IMG/VR virus record: IMGVR_UViG_3300049009_000223
Span: 1-39,603 of that record
Source: a virus
Lineage: Duplodnaviria > Caudoviricetes
Strand: one strand, 5' to 3'
DNA: 39,603 bases
Below the pieces are notes generated by a model. That model saw nothing but the letters and a program-made list of their open reading frames with translations, made no database searches and was not told the DNA's origin. This document shows, one piece after another, positions 1 through 10,045 of this stretch (position 1 is its first letter; each line of letters opens with the position of its first letter). The translations under genes were made by a program, and so were the position numbers.

Positions 1-1
1 T

Positions 2-3000
2 GCTAATACAGCAAAGGCTTTTCTACTTAATACAGAAGAATCAATCAATATGCTTAAAGGAGCAATTGGTCGTAAGCGCGTAATCTTGCCACGCTTAGAT
101 AACACACGCAAAGCGCGAGTAAAGATTATTACTACTTCTAATAAGTATATTAACCTTGATCGTTATGCACCACGCATTATTGATGATCTATACGGCGCTC
201 TATCTGATACAGATGGAATCCGTAAAGCAGTATCTGAAGATGGAACTGCTATTGGTGCAAAGGTTAAAGAGCTTACAAACCAAAAAGGCTTTGCACGCCT
301 ACCTTCCTTGGCTATTGGTGCTCGCTTAGATAGATTCAAGGCTAAGTTTGCTATTGCTCCTATGTTCAAAGATGACGTCTTTGACGTTATGGCTAAGGAC
401 GCTTCTATTCAAGTTTACCGTTTAGCACGGTTAGTTCTTCCTAAGCAAGATTCAAAGATGTTTGCTGAAACCTTTGAGGCCATTGAAAACATTGGTGAGC
501 GTAAAGAAATGGTTAAGGGCATCTGGGCAACTATTGCAGAAGCACGCGGCCTAAATCTTACTGAAGCCGGCCAAAAGATAGTTAATCAAACTATCACTAA
601 AGGTGACTCTAAGTTCTCTGTAGGAAACTTTGCAGATGACTTTCCAGATATTGGATCTCTCCCATCTGACTACAACCGGTTTATGACTACTCCTAGTCTT
701 GTTGACATTGATCGTGCAGCAGCACGATCTGGTCTAATAAGCCGACTATGGGGTCAGTCAAACAAAGAGTGGGTAGATAAGATGACTGGATACTGGTCAT
801 TCTTAACACTTGCTGGTCCTCGCTATGCTATTCGTAACGCATCTGAAGATCTAATGGTTCACCTAGCTATTGGTGGTAGCCCTTGGGGTCTTGCCAAGAA
901 CCGTTACCTTTCGACTCGTGTAAATACTGCGCTAGAGGGTGCAAGAGCATCTAAGAACTGGTCTGAAAATCCACTAGGCGGTATGCTTCGTATCCTAAAT
1001 AAGAATGAAGCTGCTAAATTTGAGACTCAAATTGCCGGAGTTGATGATGCTATTGTCAACGCACGTGAAGAAATTAAAGCAATACGTGAACAAATTAAAA
1101 TTACTACCGATCCTGCTGCCAAGGTGTCTCTTGAAGCCAAGATTGATGAGTTAAAAGAGATAACAACCGTATCTTCTACCGAGCAAGTACGTAGAATTAT
1201 GGCTACTGCTCTAACTTCTGGAAGAATCAACCGGTACCGCAAGGCACTAGGTATGAAACCTATGTTTGAAGAAGAAGCCGCAATACTTGCAGAGCATCTT
1301 ATCTACGGAAACCTAGAAAACTCTATGGCTATTGTCTCCGAAGGAGCAAGCAACTTTGCTACCGGTGGAGATTTCGTTACTAGAGCTACTATCTTCACCC
1401 GTTCACACGGAGTTCGTAGTGAAGCCCTAGTAATTAACGAACCTAAAGCCGCTAAATATGGACCAGCAAAAGCAGACCGTACATATCGCGCTCGTGCTCT
1501 AGGTAATCAAGACGAAGCAGCCTTACTTACTTGGCTTATGCGTATTAACTACTACGCAAATGACGAATTAGGTGCAATTGCCGTAGCAAACCTAAGCAAT
1601 ACAGCAAAAGGTAAAGAAGCGGCTATCTTAAAGATTATGGAATGGATGCAAAAGAATCCAGGATTCCGTACAGAAGCACAACTTGCTGCACGAGGCATTG
1701 ATGAAAGACAACACGCAGAGATTGTTTACAAGCGTGCTGCTGAAATCTTTGAAAAGCGTGGAGCAACAGCTGATTCTGTTAAAGAATTAAATATGGAACT
1801 ACTTAACAAGATACGCATAAGAAACGATAAAGGCGAATCTATCATTTCTGGTAAGTTATCTTTAGATGACGTATCTAACTTAGATGATGCTGATATTCCA
1901 GCGTATGTCCTTGGGCCTGCTCTTGTCCCTATCTCTGATTCAGGCAACATTACTGCATCCTTGATGACAAAAGGTTGGACTTGGTTAGGTTTAGCTAACG
2001 CTCGTATCTCACGTCAACCTATTGTATTTAACGAAATTATTAACATCCGTAAGCAGATGAAGAAGTCTGGCTTTGAAGATGCTTATGTTAATTCAGTAGT
2101 TAGTAAAGTAGATCAAGCTGATCCAAAGAAAATCGCTAAGGCAAGATTAGCAGCAAAGCGTCAATTTGCTAACTTAGTAGAAGAACGTGCAGTATCTCAG
2201 GTAATCGAGTATGTGGATAACCCACTTGTACGTACCCAACTAGCCTTTAATGTTCGTAACTTCTCACGTTTCTATCGTGCTACTGAAGACTTCTATCGTC
2301 GTATGTATCGTACTGTTAAGTACAATCCTATGGCTATCCGTAAAGCATCACTTACATATGATGGCATTAGCCATAATGGTTGGATTCAAGAAGACGATCA
2401 AGGCGAAAAGTACTTCGTCTACCCAGGTATTGAACCAATCTATGCTGCGGTAAGAAGCGCAATGACAACAATGGGTATACCAGCAGAGTTTAAGACACCT
2501 TTCCCAGTGCAATTTGGTGCTCAAGTAAAGATGCTTACCCCATCTCTAAACCAAGATTCCTTGATCCCAACATTCTCTGGCCCATTAGCCGGTGTATCTA
2601 TGAAGATGCTTGCTAATATCGTAGATGTAGCTGGCGCTCCTGGCGCCGCTGACCACATCACAGAGTTAACTCTTGGTAAATATGCAGTAGATCGTTCTTT
2701 TGTTTCTGCTTTCTTGCCTGCTCACGTTAATCGTTTATACGAAGTAATGAATACAGATGAGCGCGACTCACAGTACGCATCTGCTTGGCGTAAAGCGGTT
2801 ACGTACCTAGAAGCCGGTGGTCACGGACTACCAGAGAAGTACGATGAAACTGGTAACTTAATTCCTCCTTCAATTGAAGAACAGGAACTGTACCGTCAGC
2901 GTATTAAGAACACAGTTATTGGTATTCTTGGTACACGTTTTGTATTTGGATTCTTTGCTCCAGCCTCACCATCCATACAGTTAAAAGCTGATATGAACAA

Positions 3001-3814
3001 ATGGATTAGCGACAATGGCAAGGCTAACTTTAAGCAGGCTTGGAACAGTTTACTAGACCAATATCCAGGCGATTACGACGCAGCAATGACCAAATGGGTA
3101 GAACTATTTCCTAACGAAATACCATTTACAATCCCTGAATCTGAAAAGAAAACAGTTGCTATTATCAAATACGCAGAAGAATCAGGCGAGTTTGTAGACA
3201 AGAATAAAGATCTATTTACAAAGTATCCACAAGGTGCAGCGTTCCTTATTCCTAATAAGTCAGGCTTCTCTTGGGATGCCTATAAGACTATGAAAGATAT
3301 GGGCTTAAAGTACAACAAGCGTGTAGATGATTACTTGCGTGAAGTGCAAACAGCCTCTGATCTTCAAAAGTATTACGCAAAGAAGAATGAATACGAGTCT
3401 TCTCTTGAGAATATGGTTACAGATTTTGAACGTACTCTTGCCCGTAAGGACTTTACAGAATGGGCTAAGGTCTTCAAGGCTGGACGTCCTCTAGTTCAAG
3501 AAGAACTAGCAGAAGGTGGCAAGAAAGCAATCGAGCGCATACGCGCTCTTGATGACTTACGCAAACTGTTAAATGATAAAACTGTAACTGTTCGTGGCCC
3601 TATCCAGAAATCCCTTAAAGATATGTTGGATACTTATGACTCTTACAAGATGCAGAAGGAAGCGCTAAGTACACTTTCAGGTACCAGTAATCTTGTATCG
3701 TTTATGAAAGATGAAGCAATTGTTAAGTTGCGAGAACTTGCTAAGGCAAACGAAAACACTATGAGTGCTTACAACACAATGTTTGCCTCGTTAATTGGAG
3801 ATACTAATGGCTGA
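2..3814 (+). CDS. Large internal virion (ejection-type) protein, 5' truncated; probably the C-terminal part of the ORF starting at 38765
   Basis: The frame is open from base 2, upstream of the ATG at 50, giving >1250 aa. It lies between the portal cluster and the scaffold/capsid genes. Confidence 0.7.
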   Translation, partial: ANTAKAFLLNTEESINMLKGAIGRKRVILPRLDNTRKARVKIITTSNKYINLDRYAPRIIDDLYGALSDTDGIRKAVSEDGTAIGAKVKELTNQKGFARLPSLAIGARLDRFKAKFAIAPMFKDDVFDVMAKDASIQVYRLARLVLPKQDSKMFAETFEAIENIGERKEMVKGIWATIAEARGLNLTEAGQKIVNQTITKGDSKFSVGNFADDFPDIGSLPSDYNRFMTTPSLVDIDRAAARSGLISRLWGQSNKEWVDKMTGYWSFLTLAGPRYAIRNASEDLMVHLAIGGSPWGLAKNRYLSTRVNTALEGARASKNWSENPLGGMLRILNKNEAAKFETQIAGVDDAIVNAREEIKAIREQIKITTDPAAKVSLEAKIDELKEITTVSSTEQVRRIMATALTSGRINRYRKALGMKPMFEEEAAILAEHLIYGNLENSMAIVSEGASNFATGGDFVTRATIFTRSHGVRSEALVINEPKAAKYGPAKADRTYRARALGNQDEAALLTWLMRINYYANDELGAIAVANLSNTAKGKEAAILKIMEWMQKNPGFRTEAQLAARGIDERQHAEIVYKRAAEIFEKRGATADSVKELNMELLNKIRIRNDKGESIISGKLSLDDVSNLDDADIPAYVLGPALVPISDSGNITASLMTKGWTWLGLANARISRQPIVFNEIINIRKQMKKSGFEDAYVNSVVSKVDQADPKKIAKARLAAKRQFANLVEERAVSQVIEYVDNPLVRTQLAFNVRNFSRFYRATEDFYRRMYRTVKYNPMAIRKASLTYDGISHNGWIQEDDQGEKYFVYPGIEPIYAAVRSAMTTMGIPAEFKTPFPVQFGAQVKMLTPSLNQDSLIPTFSGPLAGVSMKMLANIVDVAGAPGAADHITELTLGKYAVDRSFVSAFLPAHVNRLYEVMNTDERDSQYASAWRKAVTYLEAGGHGLPEKYDETGNLIPPSIEEQELYRQRIKNTVIGILGTRFVFGFFAPASPSIQLKADMNKWISDNGKANFKQAWNSLLDQYPGDYDAAMTKWVELFPNEIPFTIPESEKKTVAIIKYAEESGEFVDKNKDLFTKYPQGAAFLIPNKSGFSWDAYKTMKDMGLKYNKRVDDYLREVQTASDLQKYYAKKNEYESSLENMVTDFERTLARKDFTEWAKVFKAGRPLVQEELAEGGKKAIERIRALDDLRKLLNDKTVTVRGPIQKSLKDMLDTYDSYKMQKEALSTLSGTSNLVSFMKDEAIVKLRELAKANENTMSAYNTMFASLIGDTNG

Positions 3815-4394
3815 TGAAACAACCCTTGAAGTCTTTGCTAAAGACGTAGCAAACGGCTCAAAAGAAGCACGTCTAGCTTTAGCTCAACAATTAAAAGATG
3901 CAGGTTTCTGGACTGGTTCTATATCCTCTGATTTCAATGTCAAATACTATGACGCTCTAATTAAATTAGAGGGTGCATACAAGTCACAAATAGCCCTTAA
4001 TAAGTTGGTTGGAACAGCAACGCCTGTTACACGTTACGACGTTCTTGTAAGTAGTAAAAAGGATTCCGCTGGTACTGGTGGTCCAACAACTACAAAGCAG
4101 ACATACGTAACTAGTCCAACTCAAACAGCAAAGATCCTTGAAACTGTTGCTCAAGATCTTCTAGGTCGCTCTTTGACTCCAGCTGAAAAAACAAAATACC
4201 AGAAGTTAATTAACGCAGAACAAAAGAGACAACCTGCGGTTAACGTATCCGGTAAAGGATTTAGCACCACTACTGGTGGCGTAGATGAACAGCAGTTCAT
4301 TACAGAAAAGATTGCTGGTACAGCAGAAGCCAAGACTAATCAAGCATCTGATGCTTATACAATTTTAATGCAAGAACTTGGAGGTCTACGCTAA
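3807..4394 (+). CDS. Putative virion protein (195 aa)
   Basis: GGAG at 3797-3800 precedes ATG 3807, which overlaps the upstream stop; structural operon context. Confidence 0.65.
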   Translation: MADETTLEVFAKDVANGSKEARLALAQQLKDAGFWTGSISSDFNVKYYDALIKLEGAYKSQIALNKLVGTATPVTRYDVLVSSKKDSAGTGGPTTTKQTYVTSPTQTAKILETVAQDLLGRSLTPAEKTKYQKLINAEQKRQPAVNVSGKGFSTTTGGVDEQQFITEKIAGTAEAKTNQASDAYTILMQELGGLR

Positions 4395-5990
4395 ATGGCT
4401 CAATCAGCAAAGACTAAAGCACTTGAAGTAAAACTTAATAAAGCACTGCGCGACTTAAAAAACTATAAAAAACAAAAACCAGCAGCTATACCAGATATTG
4501 AAAAACTAATTAAAAATAGCAAAGTTGGTTCAGCGCAACGTAAAAAGTATGTTGATATGTACAACACTTACAAACGTAAGATGAAGTACTGGCAAAAAAA
4601 GTATGATGAATATAACTCTACTGCTGATACTTCTCTGAAGGCTTTTCAAGCATCAGTCAAACTTGATCCTCTGCTTAAAAAGCAAGAAGATAACAAAGAT
4701 CTTGGTGTATCAGATCCTGAATTAGAAAAAGAAATTGCTGAGATTAAAGGAACTTTAGGGACTAATTACTATACTGGTACGGGAACTAAAGCCAACCCAT
4801 TTTTACAAAGTGGAAAGCCTTACACTGGTACATATAACAACAGAAAATATGAAAATGGCATTGAGGTATTAACACCAGATACACCTTCTGGTAAGACTCT
4901 TACTACTCCTACGTCTACCTCGACACTAACACCAGATGCTGGTGCTGGAGCTGGAGCTGGTGCTGGAGCTGGAGCTGGTGCTGGTGCTGGAGCAGGCGCA
5001 GGAACTGGTGCTGGAGCAGGAACTGGAGTTAAGGAAAAGACTGATGCCGAACTTGAGGCAGAAGCACTTAACGTAGCGGCAGGGCAAGACTTTGCTTTAC
5101 CTGAAACTTTATTCAAGAATATCCCAAGTCTCAATGCACTTCTTAAAAAGTATGTAGATGAAAAGTGGACTCCAGACAAGTTACGTAAAGCCATCCGTGA
5201 TGACCTTTGGTTTAAGCAAAACTCTGCTGAAATCAAGGCACGTTATGTCCAGTACTACAACTATCAAGATCTTGTAAAGTCAGGCCAAGCCCAAGGCTCT
5301 ACTGATTACGAGTTACAGATTGCTAAGATTGAAGCAAACTTAAAGAAGCGTGCCACAGAAATAGGTTCAGCTGCTGCTTCAGATCCTGCCGCTTTACGTA
5401 AAGCTGCCGAAAATCTTTACATAACTAACCGTAGCGAAGACACATCATTTGTTGATAGTTTCTTAGCAGCTTCTATTAGACCAGTATCTGGGATGATCGG
5501 TGGCAAAGTAACCGAAGGTTATTCAGGCCAAGCGCTTAGTAACTACAATCTGTTAGTGCAAGCAGCACGCGATAATGGATTCCAAGTTAGTGACATTATT
5601 CCTGGTGGATCTAACGAACAACAGGTTTTACAAGGAATCGCAGCTGGAACTATTGATGTTAACCGTGTAATTGCTGATTCTCGTAAACTTGCTGCACAAG
5701 GTCAGCCTACTTATGTTCGTGATCTGCTGGCTCAGGGTTACAACTTAAAGCAAGTCTATGCTCCGTACCGTCAGACAATGGCATCCGTACTTGAGATACA
5801 AGATCCAGAACAAATTGACTTGAATGATCCATTGCTTCGTTCAGCCATTACTGACAAAGGTGATATGAATATGTATGACTTTAAGAAAGCATTACGTCGA
5901 GATAACCGTTGGCAATATACAGAACAAGCCAAGGCTGACGTATCAAGTGCAGCGCTAGGAGTCATTCGTGACTTCGGATTCCAGGGGTAA
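4395..5990 (+). CDS. Putative internal virion protein with Gly-Ala linker
   Basis: 531-aa ORF abutting the previous stop; Lys-rich N-terminus, (AG)n linker, helical-looking C-terminus. Confidence 0.65.
   Translation: MAQSAKTKALEVKLNKALRDLKNYKKQKPAAIPDIEKLIKNSKVGSAQRKKYVDMYNTYKRKMKYWQKKYDEYNSTADTSLKAFQASVKLDPLLKKQEDNKDLGVSDPELEKEIAEIKGTLGTNYYTGTGTKANPFLQSGKPYTGTYNNRKYENGIEVLTPDTPSGKTLTTPTSTSTLTPDAGAGAGAGAGAGAGAGAGAGAGTGAGAGTGVKEKTDAELEAEALNVAAGQDFALPETLFKNIPSLNALLKKYVDEKWTPDKLRKAIRDDLWFKQNSAEIKARYVQYYNYQDLVKSGQAQGSTDYELQIAKIEANLKKRATEIGSAAASDPAALRKAAENLYITNRSEDTSFVDSFLAASIRPVSGMIGGKVTEGYSGQALSNYNLLVQAARDNGFQVSDIIPGGSNEQQVLQGIAAGTIDVNRVIADSRKLAAQGQPTYVRDLLAQGYNLKQVYAPYRQTMASVLEIQDPEQIDLNDPLLRSAITDKGDMNMYDFKKALRRDNRWQYTEQAKADVSSAALGVIRDFGFQG
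4938..5027 (+). repeat. Coding (Ala/Thr-Gly)15 repeat
   Basis: Tandem GCTGGW/GCAGGN hexamers encoding AGAGAG...GTG. Confidence 0.9.
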
Positions 5991-5993
5991 CTA

Positions 5994-7811
5994 ATGGCTA
6001 TTTCAAGAACAGATAGTGGCGGTTCAGCAAGTAAAGTTTCTCTAGAGAAATCTCTTGCTACTATTGAAGCGCAATTAAAAGCTGCACAAGCAGCATACGA
6101 TAGAGCTGTTAGTAATAAAGAATCTAGTACAATTGTTACTAAAGCAAAAAAAGCGCTAGATAATGCCAAGAAAGCATACTCTCTTAGCCAACCATTGCGT
6201 AATGATCTTGCTGCGGCAGAAGACAAGAAAGCATATGCACTTAGTCCTGCTGGCATTAGAGCCGCAAATGCTGCTTATGATCTAGCAAACAAAAAGATTA
6301 CCCCTACAGAATCAACTGATACTGGTACTGATACAACTACTACTATCGATCCTAATGATTTAACTGATACTCCACCTCCTACTGGAGGAAAAGCATCTAC
6401 TCCTACTGGAGGAAAAGGTCTTACTAGTTCCGGTACATCTAAGACATCCGTTTCTAAAGCAACCGTAATATCTAAGCCTACTGCTCAATTTGATCCTAAT
6501 AAATCTCCAGGCAAGGCTTGGATTTGGGATGGCAAGAAGTGGGTTAAGCCACCACTTCCAAGTAAAGGAAAAGTTTACAATTGGAATGATGAAACTGGTT
6601 GGCAATTAAAACCAGTAGAAGAACAAGTAAACGTTAATTTTGCTGATTTAACTGCTGAAGAACAAGCCGCTGTAGGTTCCATTGGTGAACAAGGTGACGT
6701 CTTTGGTCAGAAGCGTTTTGTATCAAGAAATCCTAGATACGATGACGCTGGAAAGTTACTTGGTTATGATGTAGTTTACAGTGATGGAAGTACATCATTT
6801 GAAAAAGATGTTGCTGAACTAATACCAGAATCAATTTCTGATGTAGATAGCGTTTACATAGCATCTGATGGCACACGTTTTACAGATCAGGCAGCATATG
6901 CTGCTTATGAAACTAATCTGACTACAGTACGTTTAGCCAAGGAAGCTATTGCTGCGGAAGATCTTTCCAAGCGTACATCAGCATATGATCTTCTTTACAA
7001 TGAGTTTGCCCAGTATGGATTAGGCGATCTAGTAACTCCGCTTAAAGAATTTATTATGGCTGGTATTAGTCCATCAGAATTTACGCTTCGCTTGCGCGAG
7101 ACTGCACCTTACAGAGAAAGATTTAAGGCCAACGAAGGTCGCATTAAAGCAGGACTTGCTGCCATATCTGAAGCTGAATACATTGGACTCGAAGACCAAT
7201 ACCAGAATGTTATGCGTAATTATGGACTACCAGAGTCTTACTATGCTAAAGGTCAATACGGTACTCAAGTTGGTTTCCAGAAGTTTATTGAAAACGACGT
7301 CTCAGCAACTGAATTAGAAGATCGCATTATGACAGCGCAAGAACGCGTACTTAATTCTAACCCAGAAGTATTGGCATCACTCAAAGCGTTTTATCCTGGT
7401 ATCAATAATGGTGACATTCTTGCTTACACGCTAGATCCTAAGAACGCACTTACTGAAATTAAACGTAAGGTAACAGCCGCTGAAATTGGTGGCGCAGCTA
7501 TACAAGCTGGAATCAAGACTGACTTAGAACGTGCTCAAGAACTTCAAGCAGCTGGTATTGACAAAGCAGCAGCACAACAAGGTTTCCAGACAGTCGCTGA
7601 AGTTGCACCACGTGGTGGACAACTAGCAGCAATGTACGGTGAGTCACCTTATACACAACAGACAGCAGAACAAGAAGTCTTTGGTCTTGCTGGATCAGTA
7701 GAAGCAACTAAGCAACGCAGAAAACTTGCTGGCCTAGAACAAGCATCATTTGCTGGAAAATCAGGAACAGCCCAAGGCGCACTCGGTAGAGAACGCGCCG
7801 GCAACTTCTAA
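5994..7811 (+). CDS. Putative internal virion protein
   Basis: 605-aa ORF with a Thr/Pro-rich linker and a Trp-rich segment, directly upstream of the scaffold gene. Confidence 0.65.
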   Translation: MAISRTDSGGSASKVSLEKSLATIEAQLKAAQAAYDRAVSNKESSTIVTKAKKALDNAKKAYSLSQPLRNDLAAAEDKKAYALSPAGIRAANAAYDLANKKITPTESTDTGTDTTTTIDPNDLTDTPPPTGGKASTPTGGKGLTSSGTSKTSVSKATVISKPTAQFDPNKSPGKAWIWDGKKWVKPPLPSKGKVYNWNDETGWQLKPVEEQVNVNFADLTAEEQAAVGSIGEQGDVFGQKRFVSRNPRYDDAGKLLGYDVVYSDGSTSFEKDVAELIPESISDVDSVYIASDGTRFTDQAAYAAYETNLTTVRLAKEAIAAEDLSKRTSAYDLLYNEFAQYGLGDLVTPLKEFIMAGISPSEFTLRLRETAPYRERFKANEGRIKAGLAAISEAEYIGLEDQYQNVMRNYGLPESYYAKGQYGTQVGFQKFIENDVSATELEDRIMTAQERVLNSNPEVLASLKAFYPGINNGDILAYTLDPKNALTEIKRKVTAAEIGGAAIQAGIKTDLERAQELQAAGIDKAAAQQGFQTVAEVAPRGGQLAAMYGESPYTQQTAEQEVFGLAGSVEATKQRRKLAGLEQASFAGKSGTAQGALGRERAGNF

Positions 7812-7825
7812 CATAACAAAGCCTG

Positions 7826-7909
7826 CCACTAGAACGACTGGCCTAGTGGAGCGATAAGAAGACCAGTAGTAGGAGCCATACCCGTCCCCCAGCGGAATAT
7901 GAGGCCTAC
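7826..7909 (+). promoter_or_regulatory. Candidate structured 5' leader of the scaffold/capsid genes (pseudoknot plus hairpin)
   Basis: Stem CCACTAG 7826-32/CTAGTGG 7843-49; its loop ACTGG is complementary to CCAGT 7863-67. A second stem GTAGG/CCTAC has inner CATA/TATG and CCG/CGG pairs. Confidence 0.5.
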
Positions 7910-7943
7910 GTCAATCAAACCAATGATAGGGAGAAGGACCACT

Positions 7944-8411
7944 ATGTCCAATTACGACTACGAGGATGACGATGACTTCGATATGGATTCATCAAGCAAT
8001 GACCTTGTAAAACAACTACGCAAGGCGTCCAAGCAAAAGGACAAAGAACTCGCTGAACTTCGTTCACAGTTCGATGGACTAAGCAAGGCGCAACGTGAAA
8101 GAACTATCAAGGATGCCCTCGAACGTCGTGGGGTAAACTCGAAGATAGCTTCGTTTATCCCGCAGGACATTGACCCAACTGAAGAGTCGGTGTCTAAGTG
8201 GCTTGAAGATTATGCCGACGTGTTCGGTATTGATTTAGGCCAAGCCCAAACTACGAATGTAGATCCAGCCAACGCAGCAGCGTACAAGAGAATGACTAAC
8301 ACAGCGGAACAGGGTATGACCCCAGACCGAAGTGGAGATGTTATGTCTCGTTTATTGAACGCTAACAGCAAGGAAGAACTGGACGAAATTATTCGTCAGT
8401 CTGGGATTTAA
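7944..8411 (+). CDS. Capsid scaffolding protein
   Basis: GGGAGAAGGA RBS then ATG 7944; acidic N-terminus and coiled coil; immediately upstream of the major capsid gene. Confidence 0.75.
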   Translation: MSNYDYEDDDDFDMDSSSNDLVKQLRKASKQKDKELAELRSQFDGLSKAQRERTIKDALERRGVNSKIASFIPQDIDPTEESVSKWLEDYADVFGIDLGQAQTTNVDPANAAAYKRMTNTAEQGMTPDRSGDVMSRLLNANSKEELDEIIRQSGI

Positions 8412-8441
8412 CCCAACCCAACAAACGAAAGGTAATACCTA

Positions 8442-9377
8442 ATGGCAATTCCAGCTGGTACCACTACCGGTACTTCGGACATTAGCGCCCTCGTAAAAGC
8501 AGCATACGATCAGTATGTAAGAATGGCACTTCGTTCCATTCCTGTTATGCGCGGTCTTGCAGATGTCAAGCCAGTCCAACAGGCTATGCCAGGTTCGTCA
8601 GTTGTTTTCTCTATCTATTCAGATTTAGCACAAGCTACATCTACATTGACAGAAACCTCTGATGTATCAAGCATTGCTCTTGGCAATCCAAATCAAGTTA
8701 CAGTAACTCTGAACGAATACGGTTCAGCTGTAACAACAACAAAGAAGTTAAACCTAACTTCATTCAACGACGTTGATTCAGCTCTTGCTGACATTATCGC
8801 GTACAACTCAGCAGACTCAATTGATGCTGTAGTAGCAGCTGTCCTAACAGGCGGCACCAACGTAATCTACGGTGGCAATGCAACTACAACAAACACAATT
8901 GATGCTTCAGACACAATGTCTGTAGCTGCGATCCGTAAGGCTGTAACAGAACTTCGTACAAACAAGGCTGTTCCACGCATCAACGATCTATATGCTGCAT
9001 ACCTACACCCACGTCAGGCAGCTGACTTGCGTGCTGAATCAGGCACTGGTGGATTCCAGGCTCTAACCCAGTACGTAGACCGCACACCATTCGTAGCTGG
9101 CGCCGTAGGCGTTATCGAAGGTGCGTTCGTTGTTGAGACACCTCGTGTGCCTTACGCAGTGAACACAAACTCTCCAGCAGTAAATGTCTACAAGGCAGTT
9201 ATTGCAGGTCGTGAAGCCCTTGCAGAAGCACAGGCTCAAGACATTGAGACCATCATTGGACCAGAGATTGACGCTTTGCGTCGTTTCCGCACCATTGGTT
9301 GGTACTACTTCGGTGGCTTTGCTCGCCTCCGTGAAGCAGCTCTCTACCGTATTGAGACTTCTTCAAGCCTCGGCTAA
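8442..9377 (+). CDS. Major capsid protein (HK97 fold, N4-gp56-like)
   Basis: 311 aa with capsid-like segments (VTVTLNEYG, YAAYLHP..AADLR, VGVIEG..VVET, RFRTIGWY); AAAGG RBS; follows the scaffold gene. Confidence 0.9.
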   Translation: MAIPAGTTTGTSDISALVKAAYDQYVRMALRSIPVMRGLADVKPVQQAMPGSSVVFSIYSDLAQATSTLTETSDVSSIALGNPNQVTVTLNEYGSAVTTTKKLNLTSFNDVDSALADIIAYNSADSIDAVVAAVLTGGTNVIYGGNATTTNTIDASDTMSVAAIRKAVTELRTNKAVPRINDLYAAYLHPRQAADLRAESGTGGFQALTQYVDRTPFVAGAVGVIEGAFVVETPRVPYAVNTNSPAVNVYKAVIAGREALAEAQAQDIETIIGPEIDALRRFRTIGWYYFGGFARLREAALYRIETSSSLG

Positions 9378-9387
9378 TTTGAGCAAC

Positions 9388-9417
9388 GGCAGGGGCGGGG
9401 TCAAACCCGTCCCTGTC
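9388..9417 (+). terminator. GC-rich hairpin after the capsid gene (U-tail-less terminator or mRNA stabiliser)
   Basis: 12-bp stem GGCAGGGGCGGG/CCCGTCCCTGTC with a 6-nt loop, just after the stop codon. Confidence 0.6.
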
Positions 9418-9436
9418 ACTATTAGAAAGGGATAAT

Positions 9437-9757
9437 GTGCCATACCAATTAAACACTCCTTGGAATAACGAGACTTGGACTGATAATAATTTCTCTCCAT
9501 ACTCTCGCCTAGCCGGTAAGCGTATACAAGGTGGCACACCTGATGGAGTTATCGGAGTAAGTCTTACTGATATTGCTCGCGGTATCACCTTACTTGTTAA
9601 TGGAAGCGTAGTAACTGAAAACCGCACACCTAGCCAAGATGATCTAGCAGATGCTGATGCCTATTACCTTGGTGGTCACGAATACACAATTGATGATTCA
9701 GCAGCAGCAATTCTAATTGCAGCAGGCTACTCAAGTTACCTAACACTGGTGGCTTAA
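9437..9757 (+). CDS. Hypothetical virion-associated protein
   Basis: AGAAAGGG RBS, GTG start, 106 aa. Confidence 0.7.
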   Translation: MPYQLNTPWNNETWTDNNFSPYSRLAGKRIQGGTPDGVIGVSLTDIARGITLLVNGSVVTENRTPSQDDLADADAYYLGGHEYTIDDSAAAILIAAGYSSYLTLVA

Positions 9758-10029
9758 TGAGTTTACATAGACGAACAGTTCACCTTGATTATGTCGAAGG
9801 TTGCTTCGGTTGCAAGGTTGGCGAACTGCAACTAGATGTTGGAGCTGCCAAGAGTAACGGCGTACCAACTGCTAAGGCGCACGATAAGGAACTAGGTTCC
9901 TATTACGACGCAGTAAGACAGGGAATTGAACCGGTATCTACAAAGCAAAGAGATATTGATGCTGCTGTAGTTGCTAGTAACACTGCTGGCAAAGCGTTCA
10001 ATGGCAACACAATGGGATTCAAAGACTAA
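9757..10029 (+). CDS. Hypothetical protein with H-x4-H...CxxC motif
   Basis: TAATG coupling to the upstream gene; HRRTVH...CFGC. Confidence 0.7.
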   Translation: MSLHRRTVHLDYVEGCFGCKVGELQLDVGAAKSNGVPTAKAHDKELGSYYDAVRQGIEPVSTKQRDIDAAVVASNTAGKAFNGNTMGFKD

Positions 10030-10045
10030 CTAACAAGGAGTAACA

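Noticed and set aside
4820-5236. Antisense (AP)n ORF
   Set aside because: Mirror of the (AG)n coding repeat.
7899-7943. Upstream starts given by the ORF track (7899; also 3795, 15422, 19020, 25616, 26475, 27453, 32361)
   Set aside because: Better starts with an RBS or stop/start coupling lie downstream and were used instead.
9184-9435. +1-frame ORF running past the capsid stop (possible T7 10B-like frameshift extension)
   Set aside because: It would add only about 19 residues through a hairpin, and no slippery sequence is evident.
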